DNA of 64,000 bases from an uncultured delta proteobacterium (GTDB lineage: Bacteria > Desulfobacterota > Desulfomonilia > UBA1062), in the NCBI GenBank assembly GCA_963752595.1, contig CAVVYZ010000013.1:64001-128000 (forward strand), read 5' to 3'. A program made the translations under genes and the position numbers. Positions 10,921-22,469 of the stretch are shown piece by piece. The notes under the pieces were generated by a model. It was not told the DNA's origin. It did no database searches and saw only the letters and a program-made list of their open reading frames with translations. Each line of letters opens with the position of its first letter. Position 1 is the stretch's first letter.

Positions 10921-11729
10921 GATGCCGCCCCCATGATGATCCGGCCTACTGCCTGTGGGAAATCGACAAAGCGGAGGGTGATGAAGATCGTGCACCAGGC
11001 AGCCGTGAATGCCGCATCGTACAGGCTGATCTTAAACGGTCTCCTCGGGTAGAATTCGCCGTGAAATCCGCGTGAAAGCATGGCCATGTGGATTCGCTGG
11101 GCCCTGCCGAATGTCCGGAGCAGAAGGTATCCGATGAGCGATCCGTATGACCTGATACCCATTCCCTGCCTTCCGAAGGACCTGAGCTCCCGTGCCCTCG
11201 TCATGCGCACGGCTTCGGATACGAGCACGAAAAGGTAACGGTGGAGCATCATGAGCTGAACGCTGAAGGCCCTAGGCACCATGAGCCGCTCCAGGGCAGT
11301 ACAGATACCCTGGAAGCCGGTCACTGCCATGAGGATGAGGGCGGCAAGGACGGTGAGCACGAAGCGGACGAGGATCGAGGTGAATGACAGAATGCCGCCC
11401 GATATGGGGATGCCGGAGATGCTCATCATCACCTCCCGGTCATAGAAGGGATTGAAAATGCCCATGAGCACGGCGAAAGGCAGCAGGAAGACGATTTTGC
11501 CCGCCAGATAACGAGCCGGGATACTTGCCAGTGGTATGATGACGGCAGGGAAGAAGAAGTAGGGAATGAGCGCCGAGACTTCATGCTTGGGAAAGGAAAC
11601 CACGCACATGATGAATACCGTGGTTGTGATGAGTTTTGCCCTTGCATCGATGCGATGGACAGGAGAATCCAGGGATGAAAGGGTGTCGATGAAATTCAGC
11701 TCATGAAAGGATCGTGCGATATCAGCCAT
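10917..11729 (-). CDS. cbiQ: ECF-type Ni/Co transporter T component (NikQ/CbiQ)
   Basis: SPVHRIDARAK, RYLFVL, AMLSRGF motifs. Confidence 0.9.
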   Translation of the reverse strand: MADIARSFHELNFIDTLSSLDSPVHRIDARAKLITTTVFIMCVVSFPKHEVSALIPYFFFPAVIIPLASIPARYLAGKIVFLLPFAVLMGIFNPFYDREVMMSISGIPISGGILSFTSILVRFVLTVLAALILMAVTGFQGICTALERLMVPRAFSVQLMMLHRYLFVLVSEAVRMTRARELRSFGRQGMGIRSYGSLIGYLLLRTFGRAQRIHMAMLSRGFHGEFYPRRPFKISLYDAAFTAAWCTIFITLRFVDFPQAVGRIIMGAAS

Positions 11730-12771
11730 GGCCGATCCTGTCCGGGAGATGTGCGGACTGCTTTACCGTGATTTTTTTCAGGGCAAATCCAAGAAACAGC
11801 ACCAGCGCCAGGGTGACCGCACCCCCGATAATCCCGGAAAACGAGGTGCCGGCCTCCGGAGAGACGCCTTCAGGCAATGCGGCAACTCCGGCGGGCCGGG
11901 AAGCGTATCCCGGCCACATCGAGGTCTTTTCCTGGATGGATGCAAACAGGCGGTGGATGCTCCCGGTTCTCTCGATTTCTTCTTTTCCCGTGATGCGGGA
12001 GGTTGCCCATTCAAGGCCGTCCGGGTTCCCGGAGGCGTGCCGGGAGAGGAATCCTGCCATGATGACCGATGCGGCGAGCAGGACTGCGATCACGATTTTT
12101 GCCGGCATCCGGCCGGCAGGTGCTTTCCGCAGAGACCGGTCCAGGATCAGAGGGCTCGCCTTCCACACGAAGGAGACGACCGCTGTTGTCACGATCCCCT
12201 CGATGAGTCCTATGACAAGGTGGATGGGCTGCATGAGTGCAAGAAACGTGAGAAAGGGAAGCTCGGTGATGCCCGAGGCCTTTGTTTCAAGCACGACGCT
12301 GAAAGCCCCGAGCTGCAGGCCGATAACGGAGGAGAGCGTTATTGCTGCGACAAGGCGGGTCTTCGCGATGTCTTCCCCGATGATCTTCCGGTAGATGAAG
12401 GGATAGGCGATGAATGCCGGAAAAACCCCGAGGTTGAAGATATTGCAGCCGAGCGCAAGGAGGCCGCCGTCTGCAAAAAAGAGGGCCTGCACGACCAGGA
12501 CCGATGCAACCACCAGGAATGCCGCGTGAGGCCCCAGCAGGACGGCGAGCAGCATCCCGCCGCCGATATGACCGCTCGAGCCCGTTGCCGGGATGGTGAA
12601 ATTGATCATCTGGGCGGCGAAGACAAAGGCGCCGAGCACCCCCATGAGGGGAACCCTGCTATCGTCGAGGTCTTCTCTGATCTTCCGCGAACAATAGGCT
12701 ATCCCTGCAGCGGAAACCGCCCACATGACACTCCCGACCACAGGTGAGACCATCGCATCGGCCATGTGCAT
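11722..12771 (-). CDS. ECF-type nickel transporter S component, NikM fused to NikN (PDGLE domain)
   Basis: Metal-binding N-terminus MHMAD at ATG 12771, GSSGH, C-terminal NPDGLE. Confidence 0.9.
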   Translation of the reverse strand: MHMADAMVSPVVGSVMWAVSAAGIAYCSRKIREDLDDSRVPLMGVLGAFVFAAQMINFTIPATGSSGHIGGGMLLAVLLGPHAAFLVVASVLVVQALFFADGGLLALGCNIFNLGVFPAFIAYPFIYRKIIGEDIAKTRLVAAITLSSVIGLQLGAFSVVLETKASGITELPFLTFLALMQPIHLVIGLIEGIVTTAVVSFVWKASPLILDRSLRKAPAGRMPAKIVIAVLLAASVIMAGFLSRHASGNPDGLEWATSRITGKEEIERTGSIHRLFASIQEKTSMWPGYASRPAGVAALPEGVSPEAGTSFSGIIGGAVTLALVLFLGFALKKITVKQSAHLPDRIGHG

Positions 12772-12814
12772 GGGGACTACCTCGCTCCTCTCATGAAGAT
12801 AATAATACCATCCA

Positions 12815-12843
12815 GGTAGCACAAATAAAATATATGTGCTACC
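12815..12843. promoter_or_regulatory. Probable NikR operator
   Basis: Perfect inverted repeat GGTAGCACA-N11-TGTGCTACC (GTAGCAC-N13-GTGCTAC) between nikR and nikMN. Confidence 0.8.
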
Positions 12844-12957
12844 AGCAAAAGAACTTATCCGAAGAAATCAGTTTATATAGGTGGCCAGGGCTTATCGTGC
12901 AGGATGAGTGGAGCGATTACACTGCAAAGGGTGCTCCCGCCGGGATGGCGTGAAACC

Positions 12958-13374
12958 CTACCCGATGGATTTGCCGGTGCTGGACATACTCAAGGTGCCG
13001 TGCCGTACCCCCTTGACTGAGTGCAGGGCATTGGCAAGCTTCTGCACCTCGCTGGCCTTGCCTTTTACGGCAATGATTTCAAGGCAGTTGTGGTGGTCCA
13101 GGTGGATGTGCTGGGTGGATATGATGGTCTCCTGGTGATTGTGCTGGAGGTCGGTGAGCCGGCTCGTAAGGTTCCGCTGGTGGTGATCGTAGACAAAGGT
13201 GATGGCACCCGCCACCTCCTGGTCCTCTTCCCACTCTTTCTTGACCAGCTGCCGGCGGATGAGGTCGCGCAAGGCTTCGGACCGGGTGGTGTATCCCTGC
13301 TTTTCGATCAGCCTGTCGAACCGGCCCAGCAGGCCCTGTTCCAGGGAAACCCCGAATCGTACGAGTATAGACAT
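12958..13374 (-). CDS. nikR: Nickel-responsive regulator NikR
   Basis: RFGVSL...RSEALRDLIR ribbon-helix-helix, YDHH, HIHLDHHNCLE. Confidence 0.95.
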   Translation of the reverse strand: MSILVRFGVSLEQGLLGRFDRLIEKQGYTTRSEALRDLIRRQLVKKEWEEDQEVAGAITFVYDHHQRNLTSRLTDLQHNHQETIISTQHIHLDHHNCLEIIAVKGKASEVQKLANALHSVKGVRHGTLSMSSTGKSIG

Positions 13375-13539
13375 GCGTCGTCCCCCGGATGAAACGTGCC
13401 ACAGGGCGGTGAGAGTGTCAATGAATTCTTGACTGTGCCTGTTAACGAATGCGTCAGGCGCCTGGGGCTTGGATCTAACGCCCTGCTGAAGGGGCAGCTG
13501 TCATGGGATGAGCCCTATCCCGGTTTCCCATGCTGAAGG

Positions 13540-13971
13540 CTATTCCGGTTCGGGGGATCCGGGGCCCTTGAGGTACACGGCATAGGATGCAAGTTTCTTA
13601 TCCTGGGTGAGGATATGGCGGATCAGCCAGCCGTTGAGAAAAACCTCCACGTCATGGAGCGGCTTTTCCTCAGGCACTTTAAGCTCTTCATTCAATGCGA
13701 ATATCTCTTCAATGAGTCCTTCGTGGATCATCCTGTGTGATAAGGCTTCGTCGGCAGGGTATCCGGCCAGATCCATCACGGTCTCTTCATCGCGGAAGTG
13801 TTCTTCGGCATAACGGATAAGGGAATTGAGGATCGGCAAGAGGATATCCTTCCCCTTTTTCTCCTTGATAGCTGCATGGAATTCATTCACGATATCAAGG
13901 AGCTTTTTATGCTGGTTGTCGATATACGGCACCCGGGTGCTGAACATCTCGCTCCATATCACATATTCCAT
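13540..13971 (-). CDS. Bacteriohemerythrin
   Basis: W...IDNQHKKL, HFRDEE, H-x3-H, WLIRHILTQD. Confidence 0.9.
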   Translation of the reverse strand: MEYVIWSEMFSTRVPYIDNQHKKLLDIVNEFHAAIKEKKGKDILLPILNSLIRYAEEHFRDEETVMDLAGYPADEALSHRMIHEGLIEEIFALNEELKVPEEKPLHDVEVFLNGWLIRHILTQDKKLASYAVYLKGPGSPEPE

Positions 13972-14151
13972 AGAAACCTCCGGTAAGGAAGTGGATATCC
14001 GTATCCATAGAATGTATAGCATCTTACGATATTCCAGGATGGAATTCCATCGGGAAATTATCATACGGCAGGATTTTTCCACCTTTTTCACCCCGGTTGC
14101 GGCGTCATATGGTGCACTGGTTGCATGATATGATCATATGAGGAGGATGTA

Positions 14152-15747
14152 ATGAGGAGAGTCATGGGAATCGGCAGTACTTTGATTATAACTATCGGTA
14201 TTTTATGGTCTTGTTCGAACAGCAGTTCCGGAGGAGGTATTCAGGCAGGCACGAACTCCCCGGTCACAAATGAAACTCTTGCTGCAACAAACGTAACTCA
14301 GCCTGTCTTAAGGAAAACGCTTCCGGCGAGCTGGGACGAAAACTGGTTCGCATCGCCTTCCGTGTTCGATATCGATCGTGACGGGAAGCCGGAGATCATA
14401 GCAGGCCGTCACAGCGTGCTGTATGTCTGGAACTCTTCAGGAACGCTTCTCTGGAGGGCACCGGTGGGCGAATCGGCTTCTTCGACGAACAATCACGGTT
14501 CGTCCAGGCAGTATGCCTCACCCGTGGTCGGAGACCTGGACGATGACGGGTACGGAGAGATCGCCATTGCCTACAGCAACAAGGTGGCGCTCTATGATCG
14601 AAGCGGCAGCATCAGGGCCGGTTGGCCGAAGGAATTCCCCGGCTCTCAAGATGAAATCAGGTCGATTGCCGCCATCGATCTCGACCGTGACGGCCATAAA
14701 GAGATCCTGGCCCAGAAAACCGGCTCCGGTCCGGTAACAATTGTCTGGAAACTGAACGGCGAAACCGCCCCTGGCTGGCCGCAAGTCCAGGGGTGCGACC
14801 AGTGCAATGAATACGGCGGCTACAACCAGAACATCGGGGCTGCCGACCTTACCGGCGACGGCGTCCCCGAGGTGGTGAGCACCTATGACTGCTGCCACAT
14901 CGGGATCATGCGTGGGGATGGATCGCCGCTTCCGGCCAACCCAATGTATCAAGGCCCGTTTGTGAGCAGCGTACCCATGTTCCATGCGATCGAATTGGCC
15001 AAACAGGGCTGGGGTGCGGATGGAAATGACCGGGACGAATTCACGGATTCACCGCCGGTCTTCGGTGACATCGACAACGACGGCCTGCCCGAGATCATCC
15101 TCTATTCCGATCATGAGCGGGCAGGGGAATACATCAACAGGGGGAATTCCCTCTGGGCTTTCAATGCAGACATGACCAGGGCGCCGGGTTTTGAAAGGCC
15201 GATCGTGTTCGGGCGAGCCGCTCTACACGGGGTATGAGAACAACATCGTGCAGACGGCCCCGGCGCCTGCACTGGGCAAACCTACAGGAGAGGCAGGCCC
15301 GAGATCGTGGTCCCGTCCTATGACGGCATCATGCGGTGCTTTTCGCCGGATGGCGCACTGGTGTGGACATACCGCTTCGATTCCGCCGGGGACCCATTCA
15401 TCGGCGCATCAGGGGCAGCCATCGGCGACCTGGACCATGACGCCTCACCCGAGATCGTCTTTACCACGTATTCCACGGCACAGAACGTGTCTCACCTCAT
15501 CATACTCAACGCCGGCGGCGCAGTTGTGCACAAAATACCCGTTTACGGACGGGGCAGCATGAGCGTGCCGACGCTGTCCGATGTGGATGGCGACGGAACG
15601 ATCGAGATCATCATGTCGCTGAAAGATACCCTGGGCTCAGGATTGGGAGGTGTCCAGATCTGGGATGTGCCTTCGGCTGGAACAGGCTCCCTGCCGTGGC
15701 CGACCGGCCGCGGAAACCTCTTGAGAAACGGCCGGGGAGGAGAGTGA
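14152..15747 (+). CDS. FG-GAP/VCBS-repeat lipoprotein (frameshifts near 15205-15300)
   Basis: Lipobox-like LWSC; many D(I/L)D.DG..EI repeats; GWP motifs; C-terminal WPTGRGN. Confidence 0.85.
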
Positions 15748-15825
15748 GCTTTGGTATTACTGCCCCTTTCCCCTCAACAAAAGCCGCACTTTGCTTCCTT
15801 AAGGACGGGTGGAGCCTTTAGAATC

Positions 15826-16473
15826 TTATTTCGGGAGCTTTTTACCCAGGATCGACCAGTACATCTTGACGCCCGCGATCTTGAAGTATTCGATATCCTG
15901 TATCTTGAAGCCGGCTCCTTCAACGAGCCCCGGATAGTTCCATACCGGATGGAAGACCGCTTCGGTGGTTGAGCTGTAAAAAGTGATGGCGAAATACCAG
16001 TTGAGCCTCTGGATGAGCCCTTGCAATCCACTCATGGGAAGGACAAATTCTCCGACGACGAAATAGCCGTCGGGTTTGACGAGCGTACCAAGGTGATTTG
16101 CCACCTCTTTCACCCTTGTTTCATTGAAAACGTTCAGGAAGAAATTCGAAATGACCATATCGTACTGCTCGGGTTCTTTCATATTGAAGATGTCGTCGTG
16201 GACGACGTGGATCTCCTTCGGCGGGTTTTCCCTTGCTATACGTTTGCGGAAATGCTTGAGCATGGTCTCGGACAGGTCAATGGCTGTGACATCCGCCCCG
16301 AGCTTGCTTGCCTCGATTGCTTCGGTTCCGTGCCCGACTCCTGCTACGAGAACTTTCTGGCCCGGTTTCAGATGTTTGAGCATCGCTGTCTTGCACCGGG
16401 GAATGCGCCCCAGGCTGTAGAGATTACCAGTCATCTCATATTGAAACCCGACCAGTTTGTATCCGTCTTTCAT
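15826..16473 (-). CDS. Class I SAM-dependent methyltransferase
   Basis: VLVAGVGHG motif I, IDLSETML, NFFLNVF. Confidence 0.85.
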   Translation of the reverse strand: MKDGYKLVGFQYEMTGNLYSLGRIPRCKTAMLKHLKPGQKVLVAGVGHGTEAIEASKLGADVTAIDLSETMLKHFRKRIARENPPKEIHVVHDDIFNMKEPEQYDMVISNFFLNVFNETRVKEVANHLGTLVKPDGYFVVGEFVLPMSGLQGLIQRLNWYFAITFYSSTTEAVFHPVWNYPGLVEGAGFKIQDIEYFKIAGVKMYWSILGKKLPK

Positions 16474-16828
16474 CGTCAACCTCCTCACGTATCATTGCCT
16501 TTTATCAGGCTTGAAATCTCATCACTTGGTGCCGTCTGTAATCCTGTGATAATAACCTCTTAGGGGAATGAGAATATCCCGAGCGGTCATGAATGTCAAC
16601 GAAGGAACTTCCGGAGGCTCCCCGGGCCTGCAATCCTGCTGCACTGGATACATACCGGTTCAAGAAGGATCACCATAGCGCAGTAACTGTCCTGAGCGCC
16701 CAGGCGGAGGGGCGGCTTTTCCGGTGCTCCTCCCCCGGTTGCAGAAAGAGCGTGCATAGTTTCTCCGGCTGATTCCTGTCTTATAGTATGTCAAAAGATG
16801 CAACCAGCTGTCTTTTTACCGGTTATAA

Positions 16829-16857
16829 TTGACATGAATATCAATTCAGGTTATACA
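16829..16857 (+). promoter_or_regulatory. Sigma70-type promoter with palindromic operator in the spacer, upstream of the acyl-CoA synthetase
   Basis: TTGACA-N17-TATACA; spacer contains TGAAT-N4-ATTCA (16835-16848). Confidence 0.6.
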
Positions 16858-16916
16858 TCATGCCTTAAGAAAGTACGGGTACATTACTTGAGTTCCTAAA
16901 AAGAGGAGATGGATCG

Positions 16917-18468
16917 ATGAGCAATATTATCAACCGTGACACGATCGGCGACATGGCCCGGAGGGCAGCAACAAAATACGGCGACAAGACCGCCATCATA
17001 TTCCGCGACATCAAGCTCTCGTTTTTCGATCTCGAGCGGGAAGCCAGGCGCTTTGCCCACCTGATGACCCGGTACGGGGTCAAAAAGGGCGACCGGGTAG
17101 CCGTCTATGCATACAATTCCCACTATTATCCCATCAGCATGATCGGGCTCGCCAAGATCGGCGCAATCCAGGTCCCCATCAATTACATGCTGAATGCCGA
17201 GGAGATCGCCTACATCATCAACCACTCAGGGTCTAAGGTCTTCATCGTCGAGGACGCCCTGTATCCGATCATTGCCCAGTCCCAGGCCAGATTCGCCACC
17301 GTGGAAAAATGGGGATTCATCCCCTTGAGCGATTCGATGGTGCCGGACGGGTTCTTCAACCTGATCACGGAAATGGGAGCCATGCCCTGTGACGAGCCCC
17401 AGGTGGAGGTCAGCGCGGAAGACGTCGTCCAGATCCCCTATACCAGCGGCACGGAATCGAAGCCCAAGGGGGCCATGCTCTCGCACAGGGCGCTCATGTC
17501 GCAGTACCACAGCTGCATCTTCGACGGCCAGTACGACACCTACGATGTGAGTCTCCATGCCCTGCCGCTCTTCCATTGCGCCCAGCTCCACTGCTTCCTC
17601 ATGCCGTATCTGTACATCGGGGCCACGAATGTCATCATGCACAAGGCGGATCCCCTGGAGATGATCAGGAACATCGAGAAATACCAGATCACCCACATGT
17701 TCGCGCCGCCCACCGTGTGGATCGGCATCCTGAACCATCCCGAATTCAAGAACTACAACCACGGCAGCCTGAAAAAGGCGGCCTACGGCGCCAGCATCAT
17801 GCCGGTGGAGATCATCAAGCAGCTCTCCGTGACCTTCCGGGGCCTGAAGCTCTGGAATTACTACGGCCAGACGGAGATGGGACCGGTGGCGACCATCCTG
17901 AAGCCCGAGGACCAGCTTCTGAAGCCGGGCTCGGCGGGCAAGCCGGTGCTGAACGTCGAAACACGGCTCATGGACGATGACGGCAAGTTCGTGCCCGACG
18001 GCGAGGTGGGCGAGATCGTGCACCGCTCGGGCCATGTCATGACCGGCTATCTCAACGACCCGGAAAAGACCGACGGAGGCCTTCGCCTTCGGCTGGTTCC
18101 ACAGCGGCGACCTCGGCAAGTTCGACGAGGACGGCTATCTCTACGTGGTGGACCGCAAGAAGGACATGATCAAGACCGGCGGCGAGAACGTGGCCTCACG
18201 CGAGGTGGAGGAGGTGCTGTACCAGTATCCGGGCATCGAAGAGGTGGCGGTCATCGGCCTGCCCGATCCCAAGTGGATCGAGATCGTCGCAGCCGTCGTC
18301 GTGCCGAAAAAGGGAGCGTCCCTCACCGAAAAGGAGATCATCGCCTACTGCAAGGAGCACCTGGCAGGGTTCAAATGCCCGAAAAAGATCGTCATTGCCG
18401 ACAAGCTTCCGAAAAATCCCTCGGGCAAGATATTGAAGCGCGAACTGAAGGAGCAGTTGGGGAAGTAA
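16917..18468 (+). CDS. Fatty-acyl-CoA synthetase, AMP-binding family (frameshift near 18075)
   Basis: YTSGTESKPKG, YGQTE, DRKKDMIKTGGENV, LPKNPSGKILK. Confidence 0.92.
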
Positions 18469-18483
18469 TCCTTCGGTGTTCCT

Positions 18484-19437
18484 TTAGTCTTCTGCCCTGA
18501 GAAAATCCACCAGGAGTGGATTGACCTTGTCACTGCACTCCTGGTGTGGATTATGGCCGCAGTCTTCTATTACACTCAATGTTGAGTTGTTGATCTTTTC
18601 GTTGAGCGTCCTGCCATTTTCGACCGGGACCCAAGTGTCCTTCCTCCCCCAGATGATCAGCACCGGGTTCTCAATCCATTGGCAGCTCTGCGCCATCTTC
18701 TGAAAACCCGGAGAGTAAAACTGCTTCTCCAGGGATATGAGCGTCTTCCAGTATCCCGGCTTGCTGATGGGACGGGAATATTCATCCACCATGGCGGCAT
18801 CGACCTTGTCGCTGTCGTAATAGGCATCTTCCAGTCCCATCCTCACAGACCATCGCCCTCCGAAATGGGAAGACAAAAACTCCATGCCCGGCAGAGCCAT
18901 GAGCTGGACTTCCGGAGGCTTGGACCATACGGGATCGATGAGCACCGTTTTCCGTACTCTTTTCGGGTGGTTCGCTGTAATATACAAAGCGATTCCGCCG
19001 CCCATGGAGTGCCCGACGATGCTGAACTTCCATACGCCCAGTTTCTCCGTGAGCCGGACGATCGCCTTTGCCTGGTTTTCTATGGAGAATTCATACGGCT
19101 CGGGAGGGATATCCGACCTGCCGAGCCCGGGCTGGTCCATGATGATCAGCCTATAACCCGCATCTTTTAGGGGAGGTACGTTCTCATGCCAGCAGTAGGT
19201 TGAATCGGCAAATCCGTGCACCATGACCACCGGCTCACCTGAGCCCATATCGATATAGTGCAGGGAGTATCCGCCCATATCCACGGTCTTCCTGAAGGAG
19301 GCCGTCATGTCGTTCCATGCTTTGTCCCCTTCACCGATCTCGGTCTTGCACGACCCGAGAAAGATGCCCATGAACAGAAGGGAGGAATACAATAACCGGG
19401 TTTTCTTCCGTGTTGTACAAGTGAACCGGGGGCTCAT
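18484..19437 (-). CDS. Alpha/beta-fold hydrolase, probable lipoprotein
   Basis: HGF, GHSMGG nucleophile elbow, CGHNPHQE; LGSC lipobox. Confidence 0.9.
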   Translation of the reverse strand: MSPRFTCTTRKKTRLLYSSLLFMGIFLGSCKTEIGEGDKAWNDMTASFRKTVDMGGYSLHYIDMGSGEPVVMVHGFADSTYCWHENVPPLKDAGYRLIIMDQPGLGRSDIPPEPYEFSIENQAKAIVRLTEKLGVWKFSIVGHSMGGGIALYITANHPKRVRKTVLIDPVWSKPPEVQLMALPGMEFLSSHFGGRWSVRMGLEDAYYDSDKVDAAMVDEYSRPISKPGYWKTLISLEKQFYSPGFQKMAQSCQWIENPVLIIWGRKDTWVPVENGRTLNEKINNSTLSVIEDCGHNPHQECSDKVNPLLVDFLRAED

Positions 19438-19471
19438 AGTGGTTTACCCTCTCCTTTGAAGACAGGATCGT

Positions 19472-20218
19472 TTATACCGGAAACAGATCGCTTTTCACGA
19501 CTCTCATCCTGGCAAGCCTGAACAATAAAGCGGTCTGCAGGCATCCGAAACCGTATTTGATGCTTCCGGCAAAGTTTATCGATGATGCTTCTTCAAAATA
19601 ATTCGTAGGGCAGCTTACCTCGGCGATGGTGTAGTTGAGCCAGAGGATCTGTGCAAGCATCTGGTTGTCAAAGACGAAATCGTCCGAGTTCTTCTCAAAG
19701 GGGATCCTCTTGAGCAGTTCGCGGGAAAAGGCCCGATAGCCCGTGTGATATTCAGAGAGCTTGGCATTCATCAGGATATTCTCGGCCAGCGTCAGGAACC
19801 GGTTGGATACGTATCTCCATAACGGCATGCCCCCTTTTAATGCATAACCGCCGAGGATCCTCGACCCGAGAACGCAATGGTACAGGCCGCTGCCGATCAT
19901 GGAAACCATGGCCGGGATGAGCTTCGGGGTATACTGGTAGTCGGGATGGACCATGATGATGATATCCCCTCCCTCCTGCAGGGCAAGCTTGTAACAGGAT
20001 TTCTGGTTGCTCCCGTAACCGGTGTTTTCTTCGTGCCTGTACACGAGCGTCTTGGGCAGTGTCTTCGCAACCTCAACCGTCCGGTCTTTGCTGTTGTCGT
20101 CGACAACGATCACCTGATCGACCACACCATGCATCATCACCTCATCGTAGGTCTTTTTCAAAGTAACTTCAGCCTGGTATGCAGGCATGACCACGATGAC
20201 CTTTTTATCACGATACAT
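19472..20218 (-). CDS. Glycosyltransferase family 2 (DPM1-like)
   Basis: VVMPAY, VVDDNSKD, HPDYQY, GSR, HTGYRAF. Confidence 0.92.
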   Translation of the reverse strand: MYRDKKVIVVMPAYQAEVTLKKTYDEVMMHGVVDQVIVVDDNSKDRTVEVAKTLPKTLVYRHEENTGYGSNQKSCYKLALQEGGDIIIMVHPDYQYTPKLIPAMVSMIGSGLYHCVLGSRILGGYALKGGMPLWRYVSNRFLTLAENILMNAKLSEYHTGYRAFSRELLKRIPFEKNSDDFVFDNQMLAQILWLNYTIAEVSCPTNYFEEASSINFAGSIKYGFGCLQTALLFRLARMRVVKSDLFPV

Positions 20219-20466
20219 TTTCTACCCCTTTTTACGTTATTCAATTACAATGGGCATTACCTTTGGCAACGAGCCCATCCTTGGCAGTACCCCTGCAAGT
20301 TTTTATTATTATATCTTACTTGGCAGGGCAGCAAAAGGGGCTAATCCGGTATTTTTATCAAGGAAATTTCCAAAGGGCCGTATGTGAAGGTTTTCCCCTA
20401 AGCTTTTAAGCGCAGGTCATGAAGACATCAGGGCACGGTCCAGGCAGGAGCCGTGCGTGATACTCG

Positions 20467-22118
20467 TTACTCTTTACTTTCCGATGTCCTGAATTTCTGA
20501 ACATCCTGCGCGAGTACGGTTGCCACGGTGCGTAGGTTATCGAGCGTGCTCGCGAGTTCTTCCACGGTGGAGGCATTGTGCTGGGTGGTGCCGTCTATCT
20601 GGGAGATGGCCTTGCGTCAGCTCGCCGATGTTCTGCGTCTGCTCCGTACTGGATGTGCTGATCACCTCCATCATCCTGAAGAAGAACTCCATGCGCGACA
20701 TGAGCTCTTCCAGCGAAGGAGGAGGTCTTTTTCATCATCTCATCGCCGTTCTTGATCCGGCCCACCGTGCCTTCGATCAGGGCCTTGATCTCACGGGCAG
20801 CCTCTGCCGAACGCTGCGCCAGAGACCTCACCTCGCCCGCCACGACGGCGAACCCTTTCCCGTGCTCGCCTGCCCTGGCCGCCTCCACCGAGGCATTCAG
20901 GGCGAGCAGGTTCGTATGGAAGGCCACCTCGTTCACTGTCGAGACGATGTCACCTATCTTTCTGGAATCCTGGGATATCTCCTGGATGGCGTTCATCAAC
21001 TGCGCAAAGATATCCTTGCTGTGATCAATGAGTTTGGTAACGGCATTCGATGTCTCCTGCCCCTCATGGATGAGCTCGCCGTTGTGCTGGATCGTCCCGT
21101 TCATTTCCTCGATGGATGCCGAGATCTCCTCAACGGAGGCCGCCTGTTCCTGGGTCGCCTGGGAAAGGTCCTGAGAGCCCGCACTCACGTCCTCTATGGT
21201 CTGATGGAGCTCGAGAGAGGTCTGCCTCACATCATGGATGATCTGCTCGATATCATCCATGAAGGCATTGAACCAGAACGCGAGTTCGCCCACCTCGTTC
21301 AATCCCGTCACCTCGAGCCGCTTGGTGAGGTCGCCCTGTCCCTTGGCCACATCCTTGAGCATGAACGACATCCTGCCCACGGAAAGTTTGAGGCTCTTCA
21401 TGAGGAGATAACCGTTCAGCACTGTCATGATAACTGTCTGCACAATGATCAGGAAGAACCCTAACTGGATGGATTCCAGCTTCAGGCCGGTATAAATAGA
21501 CAGGTAAATGAGGCCCAGCAGGTTTCCGATGGGAGGGATTGCTATGAGAAGGATCGTAATCAGGAGCTTTCTGTTGAGGCTCATGCGGAACAACCGGACT
21601 TTACCGTCCAGGATCCCCTTGAGGTTACTCTGCATATAGAATGGAAACAGGCCGCTTTCCGATGCAAGATAGGTAAATGGCATAATGGAAAATGCAGTCA
21701 TGACGAGGGCATTTATTCCGAATGCTGCCTCGTTCATGTCGATGTGACCTCTCATGTAAAAGGGTATGACACTTATGATGATTGCGGCAAGAGACCACCT
21801 CAGGAAGACGATAACGGTCTCCGCTAACGGCAGGATGGCGGCGGAACTCACGGCACCCTGCAAATCACCGGACCTTGAAGTGCCATTGTCCATGACCTCA
21901 ATGGCGGGCTTGACAAGAATATATTTTACCAGAAATCCCAATATAAACCCGACCGTAGCTGTGGTTGATGCAAGGATGGCAGCTTCGAGGAGATTAGCCC
22001 TGAACCCGGGGATTGCATTCATAAAAATGAAATAAATAAGGGGGACAAGTACCAGGGCGGATACGGATTCCTGATATATAAACGGTTTTACGAACAGGAC
22101 TTTTGAATTCTCTGTCAT
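20467..22118 (-). CDS. Methyl-accepting chemotaxis protein (multi-TM, HAMP; frameshifts at the 3' end)
   Basis: [41 protein letters not shown]; reconstructed end [11 protein letters not shown]. Confidence 0.88.
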
Positions 22119-22469
22119 GAATATCTCTTCCTTTCCCTGATAAATGAATGATGCGTGATGCTTGGGAGCATGAAATGAGTATCGGGTTTTTTTCAGGCAG
22201 ACTTAAAATGTATTGGAATTTATTTTCAAAGGATTATTTATATCATCTGTATCCAGGGGATCGAGGCTGGGCCTTACTATTTGCCTTTGGCTCTTTCCTG
22301 AGAGATTCAGGCAAAAAGCAAGGATCAAGCCACCTTCATATTCAATCGGATGATTCCCCTGAGTGCTTACTCACCTAGGCATTCTTCAGGCTGCAAAAAC
22401 CCCGGTGAAGGCGTACGGAGCCTGCCTTCATTTCCATGGTAGGTATACAGAAGCAGTATCGTGTTTATC

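Noticed and set aside
12772-12957. Cobalamin riboswitch upstream of the cbiM-like gene
   Set aside because: No B12-box or conserved core recognised; a NikR-type palindrome is present instead.
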